Positions 33,090 through 42,466 of a stretch of 64,000 nt of DNA are shown here, piece by piece. Below the pieces are notes generated by a model. That model worked only from the letters and a program-made list of their open reading frames with translations. It searched no databases and was not told the DNA's origin. A program made the translations under genes and the position numbers. The first letter of the stretch is position 1. Each line of letters opens with the position of its first letter. The stretch comes from Bacteroidales bacterium (GTDB taxonomy: Bacteria > Bacteroidota > Bacteroidia > Bacteroidales > G3-4614): contig JAFXDI010000001.1 of the NCBI GenBank assembly GCA_017521245.1, forward strand, positions 227,178 through 291,177. The letters are read 5' to 3'.

Positions 33090-35249
33090 TTATAAAATAA
33101 CTTTAGTGGCATTTGCAAAATTGTCGCCATCAATTTTTATAATATAGATACCATTATCTGAAATCTGGTTAAAGAGAATCTCTTCACCTGCATTTGCACA
33201 ACCAATAAGTTTGTTAATTAGAAGTTTACCAGTGATATCATAAACAGCAATAGAGCAATTACTTATATTGTTAGTGAATAAAACATTTATCACTCCATTA
33301 TTTGCATAAACCCTTACATTGTTATTGTTCTCAGTAATATAGCTCTCCTCAATACCATTCAACTCTAAAATCTTTTTTAATCCACCCCAAGCATCAAGTT
33401 TTCCATATCCCCATGTATTGTTAGGTTGACTGCCAGTCCATTCATCTCTTATTGCAGTTTCACTAAAAATCTCTCTAACATCTTCGGGGGTAAGATTAGG
33501 ATTAGCCTCTAACCACAAAGCCAGAGTACCGGCAACCATAGGAGAACTCATAGAAGTTCCTCTTATAGCACCCCAATAGTAGTTAATACCATTAACAGTA
33601 ACAGTATCACCACGTTGAATTTCGGTACTATTGTTGCTGACTGAGTATGAAGAGTTAGACATTGATGAAACAAGATACTCACCGGGAGCAGCAATATCAG
33701 GTTTCATTCTTCCGTCAAGGGTTGGACCAATACTTGAGAAACTTGATATATCTCCCAAAGTAGAAGTTGCAGAATATGCTCTTGATACATACGAGCCAAC
33801 ACTTATAATACGTTTACCGGTACCGCCTATCTCGGCAATGTTACTCTCAAAATCACCGGGAGTCCAACCCTCAAGATTTGATTTATTGGTAAATCTGCTA
33901 TAATAGTCATCGCACCAACCATGAATTGTAGTGCCTGTTGCTCCTATAACTTTAAAACCAATGGTATATCCTGTTTTTACAGAACTAGCAAGAGCCATAA
34001 CATTTATATGAGGTCTGTTGCTACCGGGTTCAAGTTCACAACCAATTTGAATAGCTACATTCGCTCCAACGTTATCAACCTTTGAAAGAGAGAATTCGTG
34101 AACACCAATATTACTTGATGATACAGCCTCTGTCTCATTAACTACAGTACCATCACTTGCCTTAACAACGCAAACCTTAACTTTAAACTCTTGATTATGT
34201 TCTGCATAAAAATCGCATTGAGAAGCATAGTAGGTATTATATTTAGTAAGTAAATTAACGTATGTTCTCAAACTATCTTGTGCTGTAGTAAACGTCTTTT
34301 TAATATGTTGTCTATGGTTACCTTCGTTACCTGCACTACCTACAAGGAGTTTACCTTCTCCTTGAAGAGCATCACAAACTTGGTCAAGAATAGAACATCC
34401 GTCGTGGGGACCATAAACATCACCTAAACTTATATTGACAACACAAGGTTTATTAACGCTATCGGCATAATCATAAATATATTTTAAGCCATCGCTTATT
34501 GAGTTCCATTCAATACTTTGATCGTTATAGTTGTAACTAACAACTACAATATCCGTTTCGGGGGCAACGCCATGAAAGTTATTCTCTTTATAACTACCAG
34601 CAGCAATACCTAAAACATGGCAACCATGAGTTTCGTATGTGTCATCAAAACCAACATTTTCAATATCCTCTTCACTCTTGTATTCGCTACCATAACTATA
34701 ACCTTCAGGAGGAGTACCAGTATTAATAGGCTGATTCCAAAAACGTTTAATACGAAGATTACCATCTTTGTCGTAAAAATTTATATGGTTCAATTGAACA
34801 CCACAGTCAATGATGCCAATAACCACACCCTTACCAGTATATGCCGAAGGTAACTCAATACCATTGATAATATCATCTACATTAACAGCTTCTCTTGCTT
34901 TATCTAATTTTGGTTTTGGTCTGCCACCAGAATCAATTCTCTTTACTATGTCAAGAGAAGAAATTTCATCTATTGCATCAAGAGGAATACGTGCCGATAT
35001 AATAGAATCCAAAACCATATTAACCTTTACGCCATACTCTTCCAATGAGTAGGGGTTGCAACCCTCTTTAACAATAATATAAGCACCAATTTCAGAGCAT
35101 CTATCTTTCGAAGATTTTAGCAACGAACTATTTTCGTTGTTAATCTCATTTATAAAGTTGAATGTATTTATAGATAGTTTATTGTTATAACCATTTGCAT
35201 AAACAAGAGTGGAAATAACTAAAAATGCAAGAGTAAAAAAATTTCTCAT
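33090..35249 (-). CDS. Secreted subtilisin-like S8 serine peptidase with a T9SS C-terminal sorting domain
   Basis: The catalytic triad context reads VIGIIDCG (Asp), HGCHVLG (His) and GTSMSSPMVAG (Ser). The C-terminus (VYDITGKLL...GIYIIKIDG...KVIL) looks like a T9SS CTD. Confidence 0.88.
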   Translation of the reverse strand: MRNFFTLAFLVISTLVYANGYNNKLSINTFNFINEINNENSSLLKSSKDRCSEIGAYIIVKEGCNPYSLEEYGVKVNMVLDSIISARIPLDAIDEISSLDIVKRIDSGGRPKPKLDKAREAVNVDDIINGIELPSAYTGKGVVIGIIDCGVQLNHINFYDKDGNLRIKRFWNQPINTGTPPEGYSYGSEYKSEEDIENVGFDDTYETHGCHVLGIAAGSYKENNFHGVAPETDIVVVSYNYNDQSIEWNSISDGLKYIYDYADSVNKPCVVNISLGDVYGPHDGCSILDQVCDALQGEGKLLVGSAGNEGNHRQHIKKTFTTAQDSLRTYVNLLTKYNTYYASQCDFYAEHNQEFKVKVCVVKASDGTVVNETEAVSSSNIGVHEFSLSKVDNVGANVAIQIGCELEPGSNRPHINVMALASSVKTGYTIGFKVIGATGTTIHGWCDDYYSRFTNKSNLEGWTPGDFESNIAEIGGTGKRIISVGSYVSRAYSATSTLGDISSFSSIGPTLDGRMKPDIAAPGEYLVSSMSNSSYSVSNNSTEIQRGDTVTVNGINYYWGAIRGTSMSSPMVAGTLALWLEANPNLTPEDVREIFSETAIRDEWTGSQPNNTWGYGKLDAWGGLKKILELNGIEESYITENNNNVRVYANNGVINVLFTNNISNCSIAVYDITGKLLINKLIGCANAGEEILFNQISDNGIYIIKIDGDNFANATKVIL

Positions 35250-35297
35250 AATCTAAAATTTAGAAAAATATCAGCAAACCATTTTGCTGTGATGTGG

Positions 35298-35305
35298 CAA
35301 AGTTA
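35298..35305 (-). promoter_or_regulatory. Candidate -7 box TAACTTTG for the S8 peptidase gene
   Basis: The reverse complement of caaagtta lies 49 nt upstream of the ATG. Confidence 0.45.
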
Positions 35306-35360
35306 CAAATAAACCTCTGTATTTCAAAATATAACTAACACCAAAGAGTGTTAAAATAGC

Positions 35361-35387
35361 AAAGGGCATATCAACGATATACCCTTT
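35361..35387 (-). terminator. Terminator of thrS
   Basis: The minus-strand RNA reads AAGGGUAUAUC-GUU-GAUAUGCCCUU followed by UGCUAUUUU. Confidence 0.6.
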
Positions 35388-35422
35388 AGCCTTGTAAACA
35401 AATATTTATTTAGTAATAATTA

Positions 35423-37396
35423 TCACTTATTCTCTTGAGGAACCTCTTTGCGGATAGCCTTAGTTCTAATCTCTTCACAGATTTCAGAAACAAACTGAGC
35501 CAAAGGTTTGCTACCCTCATCGCCGGCAAAGCGACTACGAACAGCAACCGAGTTGCTCTCTTCCTCTTGTTGACCAATAACCAACATATAAGGAACACGA
35601 TTGTTACGGGCATCGCGGATCTTGTATCCAATCTTCTCCGCTCTGCCATCAACAGTAACAAGCACTCCGTTGCGTTTAAGCTCTGCTGCAACCTTGTCAG
35701 CATACTCAATATATTTGTCAGATATAGGTAATATACGCACTTGTTCAGGAGATAACCAAGTTGGGAATTTACCCTCATATTTCTCAATCAACCAAGCAAG
35801 AGTACGCTCGTAGCAACCCATACTTGTACGGTGAATAATATAAGGTCTTACTTTCTCTCCGTTTTGGTCAATGTAGTACATATCAAATTGTTCGCTCAAT
35901 AGAGCATCCCATTGAACAGTAATCATAGTATCCTCTTTACCATAAACGTTCTTAGCGTTTATATCAACCTTAGGACCATAGAATGCAGCACCACCAACCT
36001 CTTCAACAAAAGGAATTTCAAGTTCGCGTAACATTTGGCGAATATGCTCTTGAGTCTCCTCCCAAACCTCAGCAGTACCAATATATTTAGTAGTGTTCTC
36101 TGGGTCATATTTAGCCAAAACGTAAGTAACATCATCTTGCAGACCAAGAGTAGTCATAACATGTTTAGCCAAAGCAAGACAGTTTTTAAACTCTTCCACC
36201 ATCTGGTCGGGGCGAACAATTAAGTGTCCCTCGCTTATAGTAAATTGACGAACGCGAGTCAAACCGTGCATCTCACCAGAATCCTCATTGCGGAATAGGG
36301 TAGAGGTCTCGCTATAACGTAAAGGAAGATCTCTATAAGAGTGTTGAGTTGCTTTGTAAACATAATATTGGAAAGGACAAGTCATAGGACGAAGAGCAAA
36401 CACCTCTTTATCCTCCTCCTCGTTACCAAGAACAAACATACCATCTTTGTAATGATCCCAGTGTCCCGAAATCTTATACAAATCGCTCTTTGCCATCAAA
36501 GGAGTTTTAGTTCTGATGTAACCCCACTCGTTATCCTCCAAATCCTCAATCCAACGTTGAAGAGTTTGAACAATCTTAGCACCCTTAGGCATAAGCAAAG
36601 GCAAACCTTGACCAATAACATCAACAGTTGTGAACAACTCCATCTCTCTACCAATCTTGTTGTGGTCAATGTTTTTGATATGCTCCAAGTGAGCGAGATA
36701 AGCATCGCAATCCTCTTTAGTAAAGAACGCAGTACCATATATACGCGATAACGAAGCATTGCTCTTATCACCACGCCAATAAGCAGTTGAAGTTGAAAGT
36801 AACTTAAAGCCCTTAATCATTTTAGTATTTAACAAGTGAGGGCCCATACAAAGATCAACAAAATCATCTTGTGAATATAGAGTAATAGTCTCTCCCTCAG
36901 GGATAGCATCAATAAGTTCTAACTTATAAGGCTCGTTTTTAGCCTTCATAAGTTCATAAGCCTCATTTCTTGAAACAACCTTACGCTCAATTCTTGGGTT
37001 CGATTTAATAATCTTCTTCATCTCCTTCTCAATCTTCTCCAAATCCTCTTTGCTGAAAGGAGCACACTCAAAGTCATAGAAGAAACCTGTTTCAGTAGCA
37101 GGACCTATTGTAACTTTAGCCTCAGGGAAAAGATGGGTAACCGCCTCTGCCATAATGTGAGTAGTGGTGTGGCGAAGAATATGAAGAGCCTCCTTGCTAT
37201 CGGTAGTAACAAGTTCAATATCGCAATCCGTCGTGATAGTCGTTCTTAAATCGGTAATTTCGCCGTTTAATTTAACGGCAACAACACTATTTAAAAGTTG
37301 AGGATCAATCGATTTTAAAACATCGATAAAATTTACCTCGTTGCTCTCAGTACAAAACTCTTGAGCATTTCCGTTAAGTAATTTAACTTTAATCAT
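35423..37396 (-). CDS. thrS: Threonine--tRNA ligase
   Basis: At 657 aa it has a TGS domain, an editing domain (HILRHTTTHIMA), a class II core and an anticodon-binding domain. Confidence 0.95.
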   Translation of the reverse strand: MIKVKLLNGNAQEFCTESNEVNFIDVLKSIDPQLLNSVVAVKLNGEITDLRTTITTDCDIELVTTDSKEALHILRHTTTHIMAEAVTHLFPEAKVTIGPATETGFFYDFECAPFSKEDLEKIEKEMKKIIKSNPRIERKVVSRNEAYELMKAKNEPYKLELIDAIPEGETITLYSQDDFVDLCMGPHLLNTKMIKGFKLLSTSTAYWRGDKSNASLSRIYGTAFFTKEDCDAYLAHLEHIKNIDHNKIGREMELFTTVDVIGQGLPLLMPKGAKIVQTLQRWIEDLEDNEWGYIRTKTPLMAKSDLYKISGHWDHYKDGMFVLGNEEEDKEVFALRPMTCPFQYYVYKATQHSYRDLPLRYSETSTLFRNEDSGEMHGLTRVRQFTISEGHLIVRPDQMVEEFKNCLALAKHVMTTLGLQDDVTYVLAKYDPENTTKYIGTAEVWEETQEHIRQMLRELEIPFVEEVGGAAFYGPKVDINAKNVYGKEDTMITVQWDALLSEQFDMYYIDQNGEKVRPYIIHRTSMGCYERTLAWLIEKYEGKFPTWLSPEQVRILPISDKYIEYADKVAAELKRNGVLVTVDGRAEKIGYKIRDARNNRVPYMLVIGQQEEESNSVAVRSRFAGDEGSKPLAQFVSEICEEIRTKAIRKEVPQENK

Positions 37397-37479
37397 CTGA
37401 CTATCTTATAAATAAATTAGTAAATATCAATTATATAATAGTTCTTATTCCTATATAGAAATATCTTCTCTGTAAACTG

Positions 37480-37487
37480 CAAAGATA
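37480..37487 (-). promoter_or_regulatory. Candidate -7 box TATCTTTG for thrS
   Basis: The reverse complement of caaagata lies about 84 nt upstream of the ATG. Confidence 0.45.
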
Positions 37488-37547
37488 CAAAACAATCCAA
37501 TAATAAACAATAGTAATAAAAGTCAAATAAAAAGATAAAAACAATAA

Positions 37548-37582
37548 AGAGGCTATCTCAATATTCTTGTTTGATAGCCTCT
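37548..37582 (-). terminator. Terminator after the LamG/T9SS gene
   Basis: The sequence agaggctatc-(15 nt)-gatagcctct has U-rich flanks on both strands. Confidence 0.65.
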
Positions 37583-37604
37583 TTTATTGCTCTTTATTAT
37601 TTAA

Positions 37605-39287
37605 TTATTTCACAATAATTTTGCCCGATTTATAAACATTCTCTCCTGAAATATGGTAAATATAAACACCGCTTTGCGGGAACTCACTTAATGATATTTG
37701 AGTTATTTCATCAGATAATTTCTTCTCTTTTACCATAATACCTTGAGTATTGTATAAACTTAATTTAAGATGTTTATTATTATCTGATTTTTCTATTACA
37801 AGAGAGTAGTTATCAACTCTAATATTAATATCAGAGGAACTATTTAGGTTCTTAACGCCATCTGGGTTAATAACTATAACTTCTTTGTAATAAGGCCTAT
37901 AAAAGAATCTTTTTCCTTTATATGTAAATGACTCTAAACTAGGCAAAGTTTGTGAGCCTGTCAATAATAGCGTATAATCAAACCATAGTCCCATTCCTGT
38001 TGAGCCTATTCCCCTCGTAAGACCATATACCATATTATCCTCACATAACTCCGCTATATCTATATGATTACAGTTGTTGTATATCCATGGGAAACAACTC
38101 TCTCCTGTCTCAAAATCATATAATGGATATTCTGTATCATATAGTGTCACTCTACTTTCATAATCATCATTCCCTCGACTATAAGAGCAGTCGCTACAAG
38201 TTTGAATATAACATTCAGGTTTTACATAAACTTTCTCTCCCTCTACTCTTGTTCCTGCAATAAAACTACCTGTTTCATCATATAACTTTGAATAAGTTTT
38301 ATCATTAATTATAGTGTCACCCTCTAAATAGTACTTAACTGTAAATGTACCTTCAGGACAATAATAAAATTTTGTTGTATCTCCTATCTCCTCAATGCCA
38401 CAAATAAAATCGTTAGCCATAGTGTTTTTATATCTTATTACCCATTCTGCATCTTCAGTAGGAAATACATCAGGTAGTTTTATATCTTCTTCCGTTTTAA
38501 TTCCCTCGCCAAATGTAAAAGGTACAATTTCTACTTCTCCAAAAGTCCCTTTATACATTGTCGCTTCTATCGTTCCATAGTCACTGGGCATAAAGCCTTC
38601 CGAGTTAGTATTGCACCCCTCTTCAAAATCCCAATATCCTTTAAGAGAATTATCATTTAATAAGGGGGCTGTCATTGTTGTTTGAATTTCGTTTTGCGTT
38701 AATGCTTTGTTGTAGAGTTGTACTTTGTCAATGTATGCGTTTAGAGGAGCAGATGTAAAATTTTGACCTCCTATCATAATTATTTTATCATCTTCAACGT
38801 ACGTTCTTATTTGAGAAGTAAGAGTATATATGAGTTTCCCATCTATATATAAATCAATATTCAAGGTAGAGGTTTTGTATTCAAATACAAAAGTATAATA
38901 GTGCCATTTGTTTGTTTCTAAGATAAATGAATCATCTACTAACTGCGAAGAGGGAGGAGTATTAGCTCCATTTCTGACTGTGTATGCTATATCTCCCGAT
39001 TGATTTATAACTCCCCACATCCAACCCCAACTATTCATTGGCCACTCATCAGTTACATCTCTAATATTAATCAATTGAGATATTTCTGTATTGTCATTAA
39101 ACTCTTTTATATTAGCCCAAAATGAAATTGTATAAGATTCTTTACTGTCAAAAGTTATTTGATCTACTGGTATGCCAAAAGCATTCTCTTCTAAATCTAT
39201 TCCACGAGGTTGTTCACTATTTGCACTCGCAAATGTAGAAGATAATACTATTAATGCAATTAGTGCGATTGTTTTTTTTAGTCTCAT
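37605..39287 (-). CDS. Secreted LamG (concanavalin-A-like lectin) domain protein with a T9SS C-terminal sorting domain; function unknown
   Basis: A signal peptide is present. The LamG-like pattern reads ISFWANIKEF...WHYYTFVFEY...LYIDGKLIY...VQLYNKALTQNEI. The C-terminus reads LSLYNTQGIMV...GVYIYHISG...GKIIVK. Confidence 0.75.
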   Translation of the reverse strand: MRLKKTIALIALIVLSSTFASANSEQPRGIDLEENAFGIPVDQITFDSKESYTISFWANIKEFNDNTEISQLINIRDVTDEWPMNSWGWMWGVINQSGDIAYTVRNGANTPPSSQLVDDSFILETNKWHYYTFVFEYKTSTLNIDLYIDGKLIYTLTSQIRTYVEDDKIIMIGGQNFTSAPLNAYIDKVQLYNKALTQNEIQTTMTAPLLNDNSLKGYWDFEEGCNTNSEGFMPSDYGTIEATMYKGTFGEVEIVPFTFGEGIKTEEDIKLPDVFPTEDAEWVIRYKNTMANDFICGIEEIGDTTKFYYCPEGTFTVKYYLEGDTIINDKTYSKLYDETGSFIAGTRVEGEKVYVKPECYIQTCSDCSYSRGNDDYESRVTLYDTEYPLYDFETGESCFPWIYNNCNHIDIAELCEDNMVYGLTRGIGSTGMGLWFDYTLLLTGSQTLPSLESFTYKGKRFFYRPYYKEVIVINPDGVKNLNSSSDINIRVDNYSLVIEKSDNNKHLKLSLYNTQGIMVKEKKLSDEITQISLSEFPQSGVYIYHISGENVYKSGKIIVK

Positions 39288-39359
39288 AACTTCTCTTGTT
39301 TTTGAGGTTAATTTTTTGCAAGATATTAAATAAATTAATAATATGCAAGGGAAAAATTA

Positions 39360-39368
39360 CCCCCCCCC
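39360..39368. repeat. C9 / G9 homopolymeric tract in the divergent intergenic region
   Basis: Nine consecutive C are read directly (tac ccc ccc cct). It is the longest G/C run I saw in the window by a wide margin. Confidence 0.95.
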
Positions 39369-39427
39369 TATTTTAACATATATTAACTATATAAACAATA
39401 CAAATTGGATAATTACCAACTTATTAT

Positions 39428-39435
39428 TACCTTCG
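39428..39435 (+). promoter_or_regulatory. Candidate -7 box TACCTTCG (TTCG variant) for ybaK
   Basis: The sequence attaccttcgcattt lies 22 nt upstream of the ATG at 39457. Confidence 0.45.
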
Positions 39436-39456
39436 CATTTGCAAATTAAGATAACG

Positions 39457-39939
39457 ATGAAACCTCAAAAGATAAATAAAACCAATGTTGCACGTCTGTT
39501 AGACAAAGCAAAAATTGAGTATGAGTTGATACCCTACGAAGTAGATGAGAGCGACCTTGGGGCTCAGCATATTGCCGACCAACTTGGCGAAGATATAAAT
39601 CAGGTATTCAAAACCCTTGTGTTGCGAGGTGATCGCAACGGACTGTTTGTTTGTGTTATACCGGGTAATTGCGAAGTAAACCTAAAATATGCAGCAAAGG
39701 TATCTGGTAACAAAAGTGCCGAGATGATAGCAATGAAAGAGTTATTACCTTTGACAGGTTACATTCGTGGAGGTTGTTGTCCAATAGGAATGAAAAAGCC
39801 ATATCCCACATTCTTTCACTCAACAGCCACAAACTTCCCTTATATATATGTAAGTGCAGGAGTGCGAGGATTACAACTTAAAATATCGCCTCAAAAACTA
39901 ATCGATTATGTAGGAGCAGAAATTACCGAACTATTTTGA
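39457..39939 (+). CDS. ybaK: Cys-tRNA(Pro)/Cys-tRNA(Cys) deacylase YbaK
   Basis: The sequence KTNVARLLDKAKIEYELIPY...VFKTLVLRGD...LTGYIRGGCCPIGMKK matches YbaK. I used the internal ATG at 39457 because the track start at 39343 would read through the promoter and the C9 tract. Confidence 0.85.
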   Translation: MKPQKINKTNVARLLDKAKIEYELIPYEVDESDLGAQHIADQLGEDINQVFKTLVLRGDRNGLFVCVIPGNCEVNLKYAAKVSGNKSAEMIAMKELLPLTGYIRGGCCPIGMKKPYPTFFHSTATNFPYIYVSAGVRGLQLKISPQKLIDYVGAEITELF

Positions 39940-39942
39940 AGA

Positions 39943-39993
39943 TAGTTGTTAGTTGTACGCTGCTGTGCATCTTATTTTTTGTTGTTAGAAATT
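39943..39993 (+). repeat. Heptamer module TAGTTGT x2 starting 4 nt after the ybaK stop, plus GTTGTTAGAAATT
   Basis: The same words recur at 42467-42524 and, in reverse complement, at 42531-42553 and 53615-53637. Confidence 0.7.
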
Positions 39994-40007
39994 ACTATTA
40001 ATTAAAT

Positions 40008-40041
40008 GAGCGGAAATCCAAAAGGACTTTCGCTCTGTTTT
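40008..40041 (+). terminator. Probable ybaK terminator
   Basis: The RNA reads GAGCGGAA-(12 nt)-UUUCGCUC followed by UGUUUUAAUG. Confidence 0.5.
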
Positions 40042-40117
40042 AATGCTTTATTAGAAAGGTTAAGATACAACAAACTTGGCGAAGAAAATGACGGGAGCAT
40101 ACAGACGTATGTGATCA

Positions 40118-40193
40118 AAATAAAAGAGAAGGAACATTATATTCCTTCTCTATATTTTAAAAAGTTTGATAGTTGAGATAAGTTTTGGGATTT
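40118..40193 (+). repeat. Dispersed ~75-bp element, copy A (contains hairpin 40125-40151)
   Basis: It aligns with the reverse complement of 53646-53722. The core attttaaaaagtttgatagttgagataag is nearly identical in the two copies. Confidence 0.8.
40125..40151. terminator. Bidirectional terminator-like hairpin downstream of pgk
   Basis: The sequence agagaaggaa-cattata-ttccttctct has U-rich flanks on both strands. Confidence 0.55.
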
Positions 40194-40283
40194 GTGTAGA
40201 TTTTTTTAAGCGGAGTTTAGTTTCCTAAATGAGCATTAAAAAATCAAACAAAGGACAAAAATTAGCCAACTTGCAACTTTTTA

Positions 40284-41534
40284 CTAGCCTTTGATAGCCT
40301 TAATACCTGGCAACACCTTACCCTCAATAGCCTCTAACAAAGCACCACCACCTGTTGATACGTAAGATACTTTGTCTGCCAAACCGAATTTGTTTACACA
40401 TGCTACTGAGTCTCCTCCTCCTACAAGTGAGAATGCTCCGTTTTCTGTTGCCTCAACTATTGCATCAGCAATTGCACGTGATCCTGCTGTGAAGTTGTCG
40501 AATTCGAATACTCCAGCTGGGCCGTTCCAAAGGATTGTTTTTGCATCTTTGATAGCGTTAGCAAACAATACGCGAGTATCAGGACCTGCATCAAGACCTT
40601 CCCATCCTTCAGGAATTGCTCCAACAGGAACAATTTGAGTGTTTGCGTCGTTACTGAATGAATCTGCAGCAACACAGTCTGTTCCAAGTACAAGGTTTAC
40701 TCCTTTTGCTTTTGCTTTCTCAATGATGTTTAGAGCAAGGTCAAGTTTGTCTGTCTCACAGATCGAAAGACCTACTTCTCCGCCCATTGCTTTTGCAAAT
40801 GTGTATGTCATACCACCGCAAAGGATTAGGTTATCAACTTTATCCATCAAGTTCTCAATGATACCGATTTTTGTTGATACTTTTGAGCCTCCCATAATTG
40901 CAGTGAAAGGACGTTTAATATTGTTAAGTACGTTCTCAACAGCATTTACCTCTTTCTCCATTAGGTAACCTAACATTTTGTTATCTGCGTCAAAGTAGTC
41001 GGCGATAACTGCTGTTGAAGCGTGTTTACGGTGTGCTGTTCCGAATGCGTCATTTACGTATGCATCAGCATAACTTGCAAGTGTTTTAGAGAACTCTTTT
41101 TGACTTGCTTTCATTGCCTCTTTTGCCTCTGCATATGCAGGATCTTCTTTATCAATTCCTACAGGTTTTCCTTCCTCTTCAGGATAGAAACGAAGGTTCT
41201 CAAGTAATAAAACTTCTCCTGGTTTAAGTGCTGCTGCTTGTTCTGCTGCTTTTGCACAGTCTGGTGCAAATTGTACTGCTACTCCAAGTTTCTCTGCTAC
41301 TACGTCTTTGATTTGTCCAAGTGAGAATTTAGGATTTACTTTTCCTTTTGGTTTTCCCATGTGTGACATGATGATTAATGCACCACCGTCAGCAAGAATT
41401 TTTTTAAGTGTAGGAAGTGCTCCGCGAATACGAGTATCGTCAGTAACTTTTCCATTCTCATCTAGAGGTACATTAAAGTCAACGCGAACGATTGCTTTTT
41501 TACCTGCAAAATTGTAATTGTCGATTGTTTGCAT
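40284..41534 (-). CDS. pgk: Phosphoglycerate kinase
   Basis: The motifs [15 protein letters not shown] and the C-terminal GGGDS...STGGGA are present. Confidence 0.96.
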   Translation of the reverse strand: MQTIDNYNFAGKKAIVRVDFNVPLDENGKVTDDTRIRGALPTLKKILADGGALIIMSHMGKPKGKVNPKFSLGQIKDVVAEKLGVAVQFAPDCAKAAEQAAALKPGEVLLLENLRFYPEEEGKPVGIDKEDPAYAEAKEAMKASQKEFSKTLASYADAYVNDAFGTAHRKHASTAVIADYFDADNKMLGYLMEKEVNAVENVLNNIKRPFTAIMGGSKVSTKIGIIENLMDKVDNLILCGGMTYTFAKAMGGEVGLSICETDKLDLALNIIEKAKAKGVNLVLGTDCVAADSFSNDANTQIVPVGAIPEGWEGLDAGPDTRVLFANAIKDAKTILWNGPAGVFEFDNFTAGSRAIADAIVEATENGAFSLVGGGDSVACVNKFGLADKVSYVSTGGGALLEAIEGKVLPGIKAIKG

Positions 41535-41577
41535 AGTTTTTTTTATTTTAATTGGTTATGTTTCTTGTATATGAGTG

Positions 41578-41585
41578 CGAAGTTA
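41578..41585 (-). promoter_or_regulatory. Candidate -7 box TAACTTCG (TTCG variant) for pgk
   Basis: The reverse complement of cgaagtta lies 44 nt upstream of the ATG. Confidence 0.45.
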
Positions 41586-41628
41586 ATAAATTTTCGTTAG
41601 TTTATATATATTTTTTTTGCTTTTTATA

Positions 41629-42459
41629 TTATACTATCCCTCTCTCTTTTAGTATTGCCTCCATCTCTTTTTGCACAGACTCTGCTGCTTGTGCTGCAGC
41701 CTCTGCAAAGTCTTCTCCTTTTGACACATATATAACTCCACGTGAAGAGTTAACTAATAGTCCGCAATCTTCAATCATTCCATATTTACATACATCCTGA
41801 AGACTTCCTCCTTGAGCTCCTACTCCTGGTACTAATAGGAATGATTTAGGTGCAACTTTACGAACATCAGTAAAGCGTTCTCCTTGTGTTGCTCCAACTA
41901 CAAACATCATCTCATCTGGTGTTGCCCATGTTTGTGCTGTACGCATTACTTTTTCGAATAGTTGCTCTCCCTCTGTATCTGTTGTTAATTGGAAATCGTG
42001 TGAGCCTTTGTTTGAAGTTAATGCTAATAGAATTACCCATTTGCCTTCGTAGCCAAGAAATGGTTTTACGCTGTCCTCTCCCATATAGGGGGCTACAGTT
42101 ACAGAATCAATATTTAAGTGTTCAAAGAATGAACGAGCATACATCTCTGATGTGTTTCCTATATCACCACGTTTTGCATCAGCAATTATAAACATATCGG
42201 GATAGTTCTCTTGGATATATTTCACTGTTTTCTCAAATGCTATCCATCCCTCTACTCCTAAACTTTCGTAGAATGCTAAGTTTGGTTTATACGCTACACA
42301 ATATTGTGCTGTTGCATCAATTATCGCTTTATTGAAAGCAAAGATTGGCTCTTCCTCTGACAACAAGTGTTGAGGTATTTTTTTAATGTCTGTGTCGAGA
42401 CCTACGCACAAAAATGAGCGTTTACGTTTGATGTTCTCAAAAAGTTCTTTACGTGTCAT
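41629..42459 (-). CDS. pyrF: Orotidine 5'-phosphate decarboxylase (long, type 2)
   Basis: At 276 aa it shows the motifs [20 protein letters not shown] and VPGVGAQGG. Confidence 0.9.
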   Translation of the reverse strand: MTRKELFENIKRKRSFLCVGLDTDIKKIPQHLLSEEEPIFAFNKAIIDATAQYCVAYKPNLAFYESLGVEGWIAFEKTVKYIQENYPDMFIIADAKRGDIGNTSEMYARSFFEHLNIDSVTVAPYMGEDSVKPFLGYEGKWVILLALTSNKGSHDFQLTTDTEGEQLFEKVMRTAQTWATPDEMMFVVGATQGERFTDVRKVAPKSFLLVPGVGAQGGSLQDVCKYGMIEDCGLLVNSSRGVIYVSKGEDFAEAAAQAAESVQKEMEAILKERGIV

Positions 42460-42466
42460 GTCTATT

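Noticed and set aside
35410-35787. A 125-aa ORF overlaps the 3' end of thrS on the same strand in another frame.
   Set aside because: It is nested in thrS apart from 13 nt beyond the thrS stop, starts inside conserved anticodon-binding-domain coding sequence, and has no independent signals.
39343-39456. The ORF track proposes an N-terminal extension of ybaK (start 39343, 198 aa).
   Set aside because: The extension would be translated through the C9 tract and the candidate -7 box. It has no YbaK-like sequence (MQGKNYPPPILTYINYINN...). The ATG at 39457 gives a canonical YbaK N-terminus.
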